64,000 nucleotides of DNA. Source: a virus. Below are positions 1 to 9,453 of this stretch, one piece after another. The position numbers and the translations under genes are program-made. The stretch spans positions 1 through 64,000 of IMG/VR virus record IMGVR_UViG_3300018063_000012; one strand, written 5' to 3'. How positions within the stretch are numbered: the stretch's first letter is position 1; each line of letters starts with the position of its first letter. Under the pieces are notes generated by a model, which did not search any database, was not told the DNA's origin, and saw only the letters and a list, made by a program, of their open reading frames with translations.

Positions 1-17
1 GCACAAGAAAGTAACGT

Positions 18-752
18 ATGAAGTCAACAGGCAGAAACTTTAGAGTAGGATTCAGGTCTATCTGGCCTGAACAACACGCTTTTAACGAGGACGCCCACGT
101 CCCAACAGGGGAGATTTTGAAACCTAATGAACCATCAAAACCATTGCCTGAAACAATGGAAGAGTTCGTTGCCCAGTATAGCATCAAAATCAAAGCTATC
201 ATTCATCGGCTTGGGGTCCGCAATCAACAGGATGTAGAGGACTTGGAGCAAGATGTTTATATCAAGATGATGAAATATGGTCTGCCGGGCAAGCGCACCA
301 ACGCACAGGGCAAAGTATTCAAACCAAACTACGGACTGATTGTCAAATCGGTCGTCCTAAACTGGAAGAAAAAACAGACTACTGACTCATTATCCTCTGC
401 AGGGAGCATTGACCAAATAATGGAAACTAAGACTGGTAAAAAGATTAAAGTCGTTGAGAAAGAACATCCGGTAATGCCAGAGGACGAGAAGGTAGATATT
501 GAGGAGTTCCTGCAGAAGTGGGATGCAGAATTGGCACAGAAGGCACCCTGGTCTAAACCGTCCCACAGGGGTAATGAGGCCAAGTGTCTATCGGATGTTA
601 TGCATATGCTTGCATCAGGTATGAAAGCAAATGCAATAGCAAAGCACTTTAAAGTCGCACCCCAGACCGTAAGTGTATGGAAACAGAAGCTTTACGAGTC
701 GGCACGGGAGTTGCATAACAAAGGGCTTGATGAAGAAAACAGAAATGACTAA
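18..752 (+). CDS. Phage RNA polymerase sigma-70/ECF-like factor
   Basis: Region-2-like DVEDLEQDVYIKMMK and C-terminal region-4-like HTH GMKANAIAKHFKVAPQTVSVWKQKL. Confidence 0.7.
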   Translation: MKSTGRNFRVGFRSIWPEQHAFNEDAHVPTGEILKPNEPSKPLPETMEEFVAQYSIKIKAIIHRLGVRNQQDVEDLEQDVYIKMMKYGLPGKRTNAQGKVFKPNYGLIVKSVVLNWKKKQTTDSLSSAGSIDQIMETKTGKKIKVVEKEHPVMPEDEKVDIEEFLQKWDAELAQKAPWSKPSHRGNEAKCLSDVMHMLASGMKANAIAKHFKVAPQTVSVWKQKLYESARELHNKGLDEENRND

Positions 753-772
753 GTCGGGGAAGAAAGGATAAA

Positions 773-952
773 ATGAAAGTCAAAGCGATAGTTAAATCGG
801 AGCTCGTCGGATTCGGGTATCATTACCTCTGCGAAATCGACGGAGAGGAATATCAACTCCATATCGGTATCAACGATGCGACTACTTTGGATAAGCTTTT
901 TACAGATGCGGGTAAAATGCTTAGGCAGATATTTCCACACAAAGTAATGTAA
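773..952 (+). CDS. Hypothetical 59-aa protein (not in ORF track)
   Basis: SD (gaaagga) + ATG at 773; MKVKAIVKSELVGFGYHYLCEIDG...KVM*, fills gap between neighbours. Confidence 0.6.
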   Translation: MKVKAIVKSELVGFGYHYLCEIDGEEYQLHIGINDATTLDKLFTDAGKMLRQIFPHKVM

Positions 953-970
953 TTGAGGAGGAGACATTCT

Positions 971-1282
971 ATGCCAAGCAAGACTAAATTTAAAAAGAAG
1001 AAACTGCCAGATAGGTTCGTAGAATTGATTCAGTTCCTGAAGGATTTGTCTGAAATGCTAACTGAACACGGATTGTCTTATCCATCGCTATGGGAACAAG
1101 TCAAACCAAAGTATCGAGCTGAATTCAAATCTTGGGTTGAAAATTATAAGTGCCAGACCTGGGAGGATAATTGGAGGAGAGCCTGGGAGATATATCAACT
1201 CGATTTTTTCCAATTCCTGATTTATAACATCACTGGCGGACAGACGAATTGCCACGAGGAAGCAGAGTCAAATGCCGATTAA
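971..1282 (+). CDS. Hypothetical protein
   Basis: ORF with strong SD (gaggaggag) before MPSKTK. Confidence 0.6.
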   Translation: MPSKTKFKKKKLPDRFVELIQFLKDLSEMLTEHGLSYPSLWEQVKPKYRAEFKSWVENYKCQTWEDNWRRAWEIYQLDFFQFLIYNITGGQTNCHEEAESNAD

Positions 1283-1538
1283 ACCTAAGATACTTGGAAC
1301 GTCCCCAAATAGACCTTCATATGAAAAGGAAGGGCCGAGATGTCAATACTGCAAAGAATTACTACCATATACTTATTATATATTTGATGGGAGCTACGGG
1401 CCGAAGAAGAATGGCCTACATAGTAGTGACGAATGTATGAGAAATATGTTGAAAAAAATAACGGAGCAGAGTACTGAAATAATGAAACTTATTGAAAGGA
1501 TAATATGTCAACTAAAACACGGAATCGCAGAGAAGTAA
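1272..1538 (+). CDS. Hypothetical protein with CxxC motif
   Basis: CQYC...H..EC; overlaps neighbours in typical coupled fashion. Confidence 0.5.
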   Translation: MPIKPKILGTSPNRPSYEKEGPRCQYCKELLPYTYYIFDGSYGPKKNGLHSSDECMRNMLKKITEQSTEIMKLIERIICQLKHGIAEK

Positions 1539-2125
1539 AACCACCGGTAGTCGGACGGGAGTATTATGTCGTCAGCTCACGACACGGATCCTTCCGAGGC
1601 ATCTGCACTGAATCCGGAAAGGAGTGGGCGGACTTTAGAATTACTGACGGAATGGTCAAGTATATGACCCAAAGCGATAGTATGGTCGGAGAAGTTTGTA
1701 GATTCCGGCTGGACCTGCTTTATGGATTCTATGATGTTATAGAAACATTGGAGCAGGTCAAGCAAGAGAAGAATATGTCTCTGATGGCGCGGCTTGAGAT
1801 GATGGATAAGCGTGCCCGTAACTTGCTACTATACTTCTGGGCCCGGGCGGTAGACCATGCCGGCAAGGTTGACGTTCGGCATATGAACGAAGAGGACTTT
1901 CAGTTTGCTTTCGAGATGGACTTTAAAGGATTGATTCAATTCCGGCCGATTGATCCGAAAGGAAAACATAACCACGTCTGGGGTGAGACAGCAAGTGAGA
2001 TGGGCGTTAACACTACCTACTATGTGATACTCTCTAAAGAGGCCTGGGACTTGGCAAAGGCTGAATATATCGCACGGTCACGCAGGATGTTCTTTGACCC
2101 ACAGCGATGGGACGAAAATTTATGA
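1505..2125 (+). CDS. Hypothetical protein
   Basis: 206-aa ORF with SD. Confidence 0.6.
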   Translation: MSTKTRNRREVKPPVVGREYYVVSSRHGSFRGICTESGKEWADFRITDGMVKYMTQSDSMVGEVCRFRLDLLYGFYDVIETLEQVKQEKNMSLMARLEMMDKRARNLLLYFWARAVDHAGKVDVRHMNEEDFQFAFEMDFKGLIQFRPIDPKGKHNHVWGETASEMGVNTTYYVILSKEAWDLAKAEYIARSRRMFFDPQRWDENL

Positions 2126-2556
2126 TGAACATTCAAACTACTATTCCTTGTCCGGGATGTCAATCATTAGTTCGGGCAACAGGTTCCAGTCAAGAAGGGC
2201 TTTTCTTTTTCTGTCCTAACTATGATTGTGACTATCTTAACCTAACTACAAACGATGATATGGTTGAATGTCTGAATGCTAAAATACGGGAAGAACTTTA
2301 TTTTGAGCTCGACTTTGTGAAAGCACAGGAAGAACAGGATAGAGAAAATCAACTAAAGAACGAGGCTGAACAGAATAAGCTAGCCATTAGCGATAAGTCA
2401 TTAGACTTCTCACCATTTGATTATGGAATAGCTAAAATGCCACCTCTCGCCGGATATCATATGCCACCAAGTCTTTATGCATCCGGCAAAAATGATAGAC
2501 TGACTGATTGGTCCTTTGGCGGTATGATATTTAAGACTATAACGAGGAAAGGATAA
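2122..2556 (+). CDS. Zn-ribbon hypothetical protein
   Basis: CPGC...CPNYDC; ATGA overlap with upstream stop suggests start at 2122. Confidence 0.55.
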   Translation: MMNIQTTIPCPGCQSLVRATGSSQEGLFFFCPNYDCDYLNLTTNDDMVECLNAKIREELYFELDFVKAQEEQDRENQLKNEAEQNKLAISDKSLDFSPFDYGIAKMPPLAGYHMPPSLYASGKNDRLTDWSFGGMIFKTITRKG

Positions 2557-2558
2557 AT

Positions 2559-3814
2559 ATGGCAGAACTAACATCCGGACAGAAAGTCAAAGCACAGATA
2601 CGCGATGCCGTGCATGCATTTAAGATGGAGACTAGTTATTTTCCTGACTTGATTCTGATTAAGCCAGACACATTAAAAATGCTGGAGAGTGGGGCGACCT
2701 CTATTGATCCAGTTTGTTTCTGGGAAGGCGGATGTAAACTGTATCGACTCTTTGGAGTTGAAGTGTTAGTGTCACCATATTTGAAAGTTTCTTTTAAATG
2801 CGTACTTCAGTACTTCAGTACCACAATGAGAGGAGAATAAAAATGAAAACGGAGGAAGAAATGAGTGAGGTAATAGAGAATCTGGAGCGGAAGGTAAAAA
2901 TATTAAAAGAACGAATTGACCAAGCTCTGCTAGAAGGGTTTAATTGGCGTGAGGATGATGTAATTTTGAAAAGAATGGAAGCTAAGATTGCACAGAAAAA
3001 GGCGCTCCTAAAGGAATTTGAACCACTGACATGAAAGAGAGGTTAGATGAGGCGGAGGGGAAGGAACTTGTTGGTAAAACTGGAGAGGAAGAGAGGAGAA
3101 TAAAAGTGGCAACCAAACAAATTAAAGGTGAATTTAAACTCCGACTACATAAACAGCAACCACCTGGAACCCTGTTTTTAGCAGTAACACATCCAGAACA
3201 CGGGACTGGCGGAGGCACATTTTTTTTGAAGATTGAACTTCCTTTTTTTATGACTGAAGCTGACTTCCTTAAAGTACTTGGTGAAATAAATGTAAGGCTT
3301 TGTGAGACAGAATAAGAAACGAATAAAATGCGCAGTATGCCGAAAGATGCGCAAACCAAATAGGCCCGATGGGGTGTTGTGTACTAAATGCTATAGCATA
3401 GTTATCCAACCAAAAGAGGATGATAGGGACGCAGTCAAATCCGATGGCTATATTATGCTGGTCAAAGGAGTTGGGCCGAAGGGACTTTTTAAACAGCTAA
3501 CAGTATCAGTATTTAAATGTGCTGTTAACGATGTGTTATATCCACCAGCCGCGTATGAAGATGAACTGGGATGGAGAGCCTCACTTAGCGATGACGATGA
3601 TGAAGACAGTGACAGGTGGAAGAAAGCCGCAGGATATAGCGGAATAGCTCAGCAAAGATTTATCGTTCTGGCATATGCTTCTTGGGGTAATCTGGGTATG
3701 AAGAAAATTTATGATACTGTGCGATATACTTATCTGTATCTCTTCGCACCACGATTTAAGAAGCTGGTAGATGAGTATCGAAAGAATCATGACTATTTGA
3801 GCGACGGGGATTAA
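2559..3814 (+). CDS. Run of four small hypothetical ORFs (2559-2840, ~2843-3034, 3031-3315, 3302-3814 with CxxC)
   Basis: Translationally coupled ORFs with SD sites; no recognisable family. Confidence 0.5.
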
Positions 3815-3815
3815 A

Positions 3816-4457
3816 ATGGAAGAAGGAGAAAAAATACAGCATAGTATCTTCTATAAAGAGGGATTCGATAAAGCGGTTCGGATCCTTGCACGGATTCAGA
3901 CAGTAGTACCGGAGGCCATTCTGGCTGGTGGAGCGCTTCGGGATATAGACTTTGGAATACTGCCTAAAGACTTGGACATCTGGATTAACGTAGATTCAGA
4001 GGATGCTTTTGATAGGAAGCTTCGACTGATTGCCGACCTTTTTGGAATTCCTTTTGAATCAGAAGGAGAAGGTAACTATGACGGTATCAGTGAACGCATT
4101 TTCATTTCCCAGTATCACTTGCCTATGAAGAACGGCATAGACTTGAATATCATCGGTGTCAATCTGGCCGATAATTTTACTGTCCAACGACTAGTGCAGG
4201 AGTTCGACTTTGGTATCTGCCGCATAGGATACCACTCCGGGAATCAGGTTTATGTTTCGGCAGAGTACCTGAAAGACAAACAAAATGAAACCTTCTCTCT
4301 TGACTTAAACGATGTATGTGTAGATAGGGAGAGGTCTATGGGACGCTGGGACAGATTGCGGTTTAAATATCCCGGGTTTACTTTGAAAATAATCGGACAC
4401 GGTGGGAACGTATATGTGAAGGAAGGGGAATTTATATTTAAGAAGAAAGGAACATAG
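3816..4457 (+). CDS. Nucleotidyltransferase (tRNA nucleotidyltransferase/poly(A) polymerase head-domain-like)
   Basis: AILAGGALRD...PKDLDIW (GG..RD..DxD) and FDFGICRI motifs. Confidence 0.75.
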   Translation: MEEGEKIQHSIFYKEGFDKAVRILARIQTVVPEAILAGGALRDIDFGILPKDLDIWINVDSEDAFDRKLRLIADLFGIPFESEGEGNYDGISERIFISQYHLPMKNGIDLNIIGVNLADNFTVQRLVQEFDFGICRIGYHSGNQVYVSAEYLKDKQNETFSLDLNDVCVDRERSMGRWDRLRFKYPGFTLKIIGHGGNVYVKEGEFIFKKKGT

Positions 4458-4458
4458 G

Positions 4459-6588
4459 ATGCCACTTCATTTAATTGAAAGCACCGAGAATACTAATATA
4501 CTTCGGCTTGTATTAGAAGTTGGTAGTTTTATAGTAGAAGAAACAGTGATTGCAGAGATAGAAATAAACGCACATCTTTCTCAGGAAGAAAGAGATAGAA
4601 TCAAAGGTGTACTGAAAAGTAAGTTAGATGGATACTTCCTCTAAAAGGAGAACTCATTGCCACCTAAAGGGTTTATAGAACGTCGTCAGTTCGCCGCACA
4701 GCTTTCAGGGCTTAGAATTGAGGCCAGTACTTTAGGTCTTTTTCGAACTATGCACGCTATTGACAATGCACTAAAGATTATTGGATATGAGATAGCAGAT
4801 ATAGCTACAGGGAAACAAGCTGACTTATCACGAATTGGTATAAATATAGAGACCGGTGTGGTAAAGTGTAAAAGGCACCTGCGATATAAAGCACTGCGAG
4901 CTCCCGAGGGATGTACTGATTGCTGGAGTATGTTTCTGAACCGAAAAAATTCAATAGAACAGGCCAAGAAAGCCTAAGGAGAACTAATGGCACTAAAAGT
5001 AACTGTTGGAGCATTGGGTGTTAGCCTGCGGGCCGACACAAAGAGTGAGATTATGTACTATCTACGGGAGCGAGGGGTGAAGGTAAGTGCAGATGAGATT
5101 ACCAAAGAAGGACTGACCGGACAATTCAAATTTTTTAAGATGGGTAGGGTCCCAGAGAAAGGAAAAAAGGGTGGTAAGTAGAATCCAACGAGGTGCCATT
5201 GAATCTTTGGTAGCCGGCATTGTATTTGGTTTCTGGATGCATAGCTTTCTGGCCGGGATATTTATGATTTTCGCACTATCAATGTTTATTGTGGACAAAG
5301 AATGAAGCCGAATAAGAAGCGTTGTGTATGCGGACACCGACTACACCGCAAAGGTCGCGCCGGTGGTTTTCTGGTTGTGAAATGTTCCACATCCGGATGT
5401 CCGTGCCTAACATTGAAACCAAGGCTTCCAAAACCTTCTCTTAACCTGGAGGGGGTATGAAAGCTTTCGAACAGTCACAATTCAGACCTAGTAATGGATG
5501 TGAGACTCTGGTTTACTGTCCTCTATGTCGTCAACGGGCAAAATATAAACACGAGGAAAAGGATTTTAATCACGACTGTTTCGACCAAGTGTTTGAATGT
5601 ATTAATGATGAATGTGAGATGCAGACTTTTATATTGCAGAAACAGAAAGGATAAATACTATGTGTGTAATTTGCGTAGAAACAATAGCAGTAGGAGTTGC
5701 GGTATGCACCATTGGAGCAGGATACTTAAAAATTCATATTGACAAGAAGAAGTTAGAGAAGGAAGAATGCAAGAATGAGAGTAATCAAGAGAAGAAAAAT
5801 TCATAATGGAAATATTTAAGAAGGATCCAGAATCCGGCGCACCAATCTGGTCAGTGACGTGTCCGAACTGTACTAAAGTTCATAGCTTTCCACTCGACTG
5901 GAGCCGGATGCCTTTTACAATAACACTCCCTTGCGGATATAAACTAAGCGGATATAAACCAAACTTTGTTGAAATGAAAGCGATACCAGAGATATTGAAA
6001 GATGGACATCCTGTAGGTGTGCAGGATTGTGTTTATCTGAATGGGACGTGTATTTTCTGCCATATACCGTGGAAAAGAAACTAACTAATCCAGTTCGATT
6101 GGTGATGCAATGCACTGCCTGTAAGAACGCCCAGTTTGTAGATGTGATTGCAGAGACGGATACTATAGTGGATTGTGTGAAATGTGCCAAGCCAGTAACC
6201 CTTCTCTGGCGCACGATCCCACTACATATTCAGAGTGAAATTATTAATAGGTCTAAATCAGGACCGCCAAAGAGAGGAACAGATGAGATTACCAGCACTA
6301 CATAAGTTGATGGAGTTGTTGAGTCAGTTGCCAAGATTGACTGAGCAGTTAGTTCCAGATGAGGACTTACAAGCCGCGAAAAAGGAACTCGATAAGACAG
6401 AAATTCTTGTAGAGGCCTGCTATAGAGCTGAAACTGCACACGATTGGATGGATACGGTTGATCTTATGGTAGAAGCGATGGAAGAGTTTGAATATGATGT
6501 TCCAGATTCTACTGATACTAATATAACTTCCAAAGGATCTTCAGTAAGCGGGGGATGTAACAATTCAGAAGAATTAATCCCTGACTAA
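4459..6588 (+). CDS. Run of small hypothetical ORFs, several Cys-rich Zn-finger-like (4459, 4657, 4987, 5302-5460, 5457, 5806, ~6050-6305, ~6283-6588)
   Basis: CxxC/CxCGH motifs, e.g. CPLC..C, CPNC, CTAC/CVKC. Confidence 0.5.
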
Positions 6589-6614
6589 ACAGCCCAAGAA
6601 TTGTATAACTAACG

Positions 6615-7733
6615 ATGCAGTATCTTGGCAATAAAAATAAGCTACTTAAAGTCATCTGGGATGTCATCGATAGCAAAGGAATTGGCGGAGATACCTTTTT
6701 TGACTTATTTTCCGGAACAGGGACTGTAGGTGCATCCGCCAAGCTTCGCGGATATCAAGTAATCAGTTCAGACTTGCTTTACTTATCATATATCCTGCAG
6801 AAGACTTACATAGGATTAAATTCATATCCAACTTTTGAAGGATTACTCACATGGCGAGGAAGTATTGGTAAGGTGCGACGCATAGAAAATAATCCAGCGA
6901 AAGATCCAGCTCGGCGAGTGATTGACTATCTAAATCAACTGGAAGGCGTGGAGGGGTTCATATTCAAAGAGTATTCTGAAGAAGGCACAGCATCGGGTCC
7001 CTTCAAACGGAAGTATTTTTATGGAATTACAGCGAAAAGGATTGATGCTATCAGGTTACAGATAAGAGAGTGGGATAATAAGGGTTTACTGACTATCAAT
7101 GAGAAATGTTTTCTACTTGCTTCCTTGATTGAAGCGGCATCCGAAGTAGGGAACAGTTGCGGACACTTCTCATACTTCTTGGATAAAGAAGGAGATAAAT
7201 CATTTGAAGAACTCGACTTATTAATTCCAGAATTAAATACTAAAGAATTGATACTCGGTAGAAAGGATTATGGACATTATGCTTATCAGTGTGACGGTGT
7301 TAAAGTACTAGAGATGTTGCCGGCAATGCTTCCGCAGGGAGTAGATATACTATATTTGGATCCACCGTATAACGGGGCGCAATATTCACGGAACTATCAC
7401 GTGATTGAAACCATAGCTAAGTATGATAACCCGAAACTGTATAATCAAACTGGGATGCGGCCGGATATTGCTAACATCAGTTCGAGCTTCTGTAGTGCCG
7501 AAGGGGCATACGAAGGCCTGCGAGACATTCTGGAAATAGGCGGTTTCAAACATTTGCTGTTAAGCTATAACAGCGAAGGTGTAATGAAACACGAGAAGAT
7601 TATGGATGTACTATCGATGTGCGGTGAAGTGGATTTCGTCCAAGAGAAGTATAAACGGTATGTGACTAATCAAGCGGCTAAAGCTACAGCTGGCAAAGTT
7701 TATGAAAGGGTGTACCATCTTCGAGTGCGATGA
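6615..7733 (+). CDS. DNA adenine methyltransferase (alpha/D12, FokI-like)
   Basis: YLGNK, DLFSGTGTVG (motif I), YLDPPY (motif IV), LSYN. Confidence 0.9.
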   Translation: MQYLGNKNKLLKVIWDVIDSKGIGGDTFFDLFSGTGTVGASAKLRGYQVISSDLLYLSYILQKTYIGLNSYPTFEGLLTWRGSIGKVRRIENNPAKDPARRVIDYLNQLEGVEGFIFKEYSEEGTASGPFKRKYFYGITAKRIDAIRLQIREWDNKGLLTINEKCFLLASLIEAASEVGNSCGHFSYFLDKEGDKSFEELDLLIPELNTKELILGRKDYGHYAYQCDGVKVLEMLPAMLPQGVDILYLDPPYNGAQYSRNYHVIETIAKYDNPKLYNQTGMRPDIANISSSFCSAEGAYEGLRDILEIGGFKHLLLSYNSEGVMKHEKIMDVLSMCGEVDFVQEKYKRYVTNQAAKATAGKVYERVYHLRVR

Positions 7734-7735
7734 TA

Positions 7736-7817
7736 TTGCTGGGTGACCTATGCTCGCCCCGAGTGGGAGAGTGTGGGACGGACTATCCAACCCGTGCGGG
7801 AACGCGAAGCCCAGCAA
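7736..7817 (+). ncRNA. Putative structured RNA element
   Basis: GC-rich intergenic island closed by TTGCTGGGT/GCCCAGCAA with internal hairpins including GCG-GGAA-CGC. Confidence 0.35.
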
Positions 7818-7839
7818 ACTTTTATAACAGGAGAAAAGA

Positions 7840-8244
7840 ATGTTACTTTCTAACGCAATTGTAGTTGACTTTGATGGCTTTCTGGTTGAGCATAGCTTCC
7901 CAGAGATAGGCACACTAAAAGAAGGTGCCCAAGAGTTCCTGGAAGGACTGCGATCTGACGGGTATAAAATCATAATCAGCTCTTGCCGGAACAACAAAGA
8001 GCTTCGCGCAACTGATACTGAAAACCGCAACTATCTAGAAGAGATACGGATTTTTCTGGAAGCCAAGAATTTGCATTATGACTGGATTGATGATGGACAG
8101 AATGGCAAACCAATAGGCAGAGCGTACTGTGATGATAGAAATGTGCCATTCTTTAGTACGGACGATTCACATAGGGACTTTGAAAAGATGAGGAAGTATA
8201 TTCAGATCCGATTCCCAGCATCTACTTTTAAGAGAGAATTTTAG
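7840..8244 (+). CDS. HAD-superfamily phosphatase (capless, phage type)
   Basis: IVVDFDG motif I, ISSCR, KP...YCDDR. Confidence 0.8.
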   Translation: MLLSNAIVVDFDGFLVEHSFPEIGTLKEGAQEFLEGLRSDGYKIIISSCRNNKELRATDTENRNYLEEIRIFLEAKNLHYDWIDDGQNGKPIGRAYCDDRNVPFFSTDDSHRDFEKMRKYIQIRFPASTFKREF

Positions 8245-8324
8245 CTGGTGTAGCTTAAGACAAAGCACTGCGTATGCATACAATAAAACGAGAGCAGAGT
8301 TCCGGTGAAAGTCCGGCACCAGCG
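8244..8324 (+). tRNA. Degenerate tRNA-like element (no assignable anticodon)
   Basis: Acceptor GCTGGTG/CACCAGC, TA at positions 8-9, D-arm GCTT/AAGC, CTGC/GCAG stem with 22-nt loop, T-arm CCGG-TGAAAGT-CCGG. Confidence 0.5.
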
Positions 8325-8522
8325 ACTGTTTTAGTAGGAGAGCTTCTATGGGCGGTCCTCAAACTTTTCTGGATATTGTTTATCACAGTTGGGTACTACA
8401 TATTTATTGTAGTGCCAGAACTGTTTTTCCGCACGATTCAGTATGCCGCACTGCAGGCGATTCATTGGCTTTATACAGGTGAATTCTGGAAGGACGATAC
8501 TAAAGATAAGGAGATTAGATGA
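8274..8522 (+). CDS. Small membrane protein (start uncertain)
   Basis: Hydrophobic LLWAVLKLFWILFITVGYYIFIVV segment; 5' part overlaps the tRNA-like element. Confidence 0.45.
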   Translation: MHTIKREQSSGESPAPATVLVGELLWAVLKLFWILFITVGYYIFIVVPELFFRTIQYAALQAIHWLYTGEFWKDDTKDKEIR

Positions 8523-9268
8523 GCAAAATCAAATTGAGTGAAATGGAGAAGAAAGTTTTTGGCGACAGATTACTGACGCTTACTGGTAAGACCGATATTA
8601 AGACCTTAACTAACAAAGTAGTCAATCAAGACTTGTTCCTGCAACTGGTTGCTAACTATCTGCCCGGAAATTTTGCCGACCTTCTGATTTTGGATCCACC
8701 ATATAGCCTGATGAAGTTGCAGACCGGAGAAAATGAGCGACAGGTAGAAAAGTATGCCCGCTGGCTGGACTTCTGGCTTCCAAATTTGATGAGGACTCTA
8801 AAGAAAGACGGAACTATTTATATATTCGCTGACTGGAAATCATCCTCTGCAGTGCATCAAGTAGCAGAGAAATACTTGAAGGTTCAGAATAGGATTACCT
8901 TTATAAGAGAAAGGCGTAAATTAGATAAGAACTATGCCGACTATCACGAGGATATCTGGTTCTGTACTAAAAGTGATTCATATATGTTAGATACCAGATT
9001 CGCACTGTCGAACTGGATGGAGATAAAAGAGAATGACTATCAGTATCACCCATCCCAAAGAAAAGTTAGCCTGATGGAGATTCTGATTTTATCGAGTACT
9101 AAAAAAGGCGACTTTGTATTCGACCCATTTATGGGATCTGGAACTACTCTTGTGGCGGCTAAACAACTCGGACGTAAGTATCTGGGTATAGAACTTGACC
9201 GAGACTACTGTATGATTGCTGAAAAACGTCTGGAAGAGTTGGACGGAATAAGGTATGGACTGAAGTGA
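8519..9268 (+). CDS. DNA N6-adenine/N4-cytosine methyltransferase (beta class)
   Basis: DPPY precedes HP...DPFMGSGTT, YLGIELD. Confidence 0.9.
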   Translation: MSKIKLSEMEKKVFGDRLLTLTGKTDIKTLTNKVVNQDLFLQLVANYLPGNFADLLILDPPYSLMKLQTGENERQVEKYARWLDFWLPNLMRTLKKDGTIYIFADWKSSSAVHQVAEKYLKVQNRITFIRERRKLDKNYADYHEDIWFCTKSDSYMLDTRFALSNWMEIKENDYQYHPSQRKVSLMEILILSSTKKGDFVFDPFMGSGTTLVAAKQLGRKYLGIELDRDYCMIAEKRLEELDGIRYGLK

Positions 9269-9453
9269 TTGGATTGTATATACTCTTTGCGGTCATACTT
9301 TGTTTTACGGGCGCTTGGGTGATAGAATATGGATTTCCACAGTTGTACGCCTGGTGGTTAGTGCGAAGAGATAGAAAACGGGACGCAATGCTGGACGGCA
9401 AATTATTAAGGGATGCCCAGTTTATAAAGGAGCAACGTCGCAGAAGGAGTTAA
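9265..9453 (+). CDS. Small membrane protein
   Basis: N-terminal TM segment, basic tail. Confidence 0.5.
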   Translation: MIGLYILFAVILCFTGAWVIEYGFPQLYAWWLVRRDRKRDAMLDGKLLRDAQFIKEQRRRRS

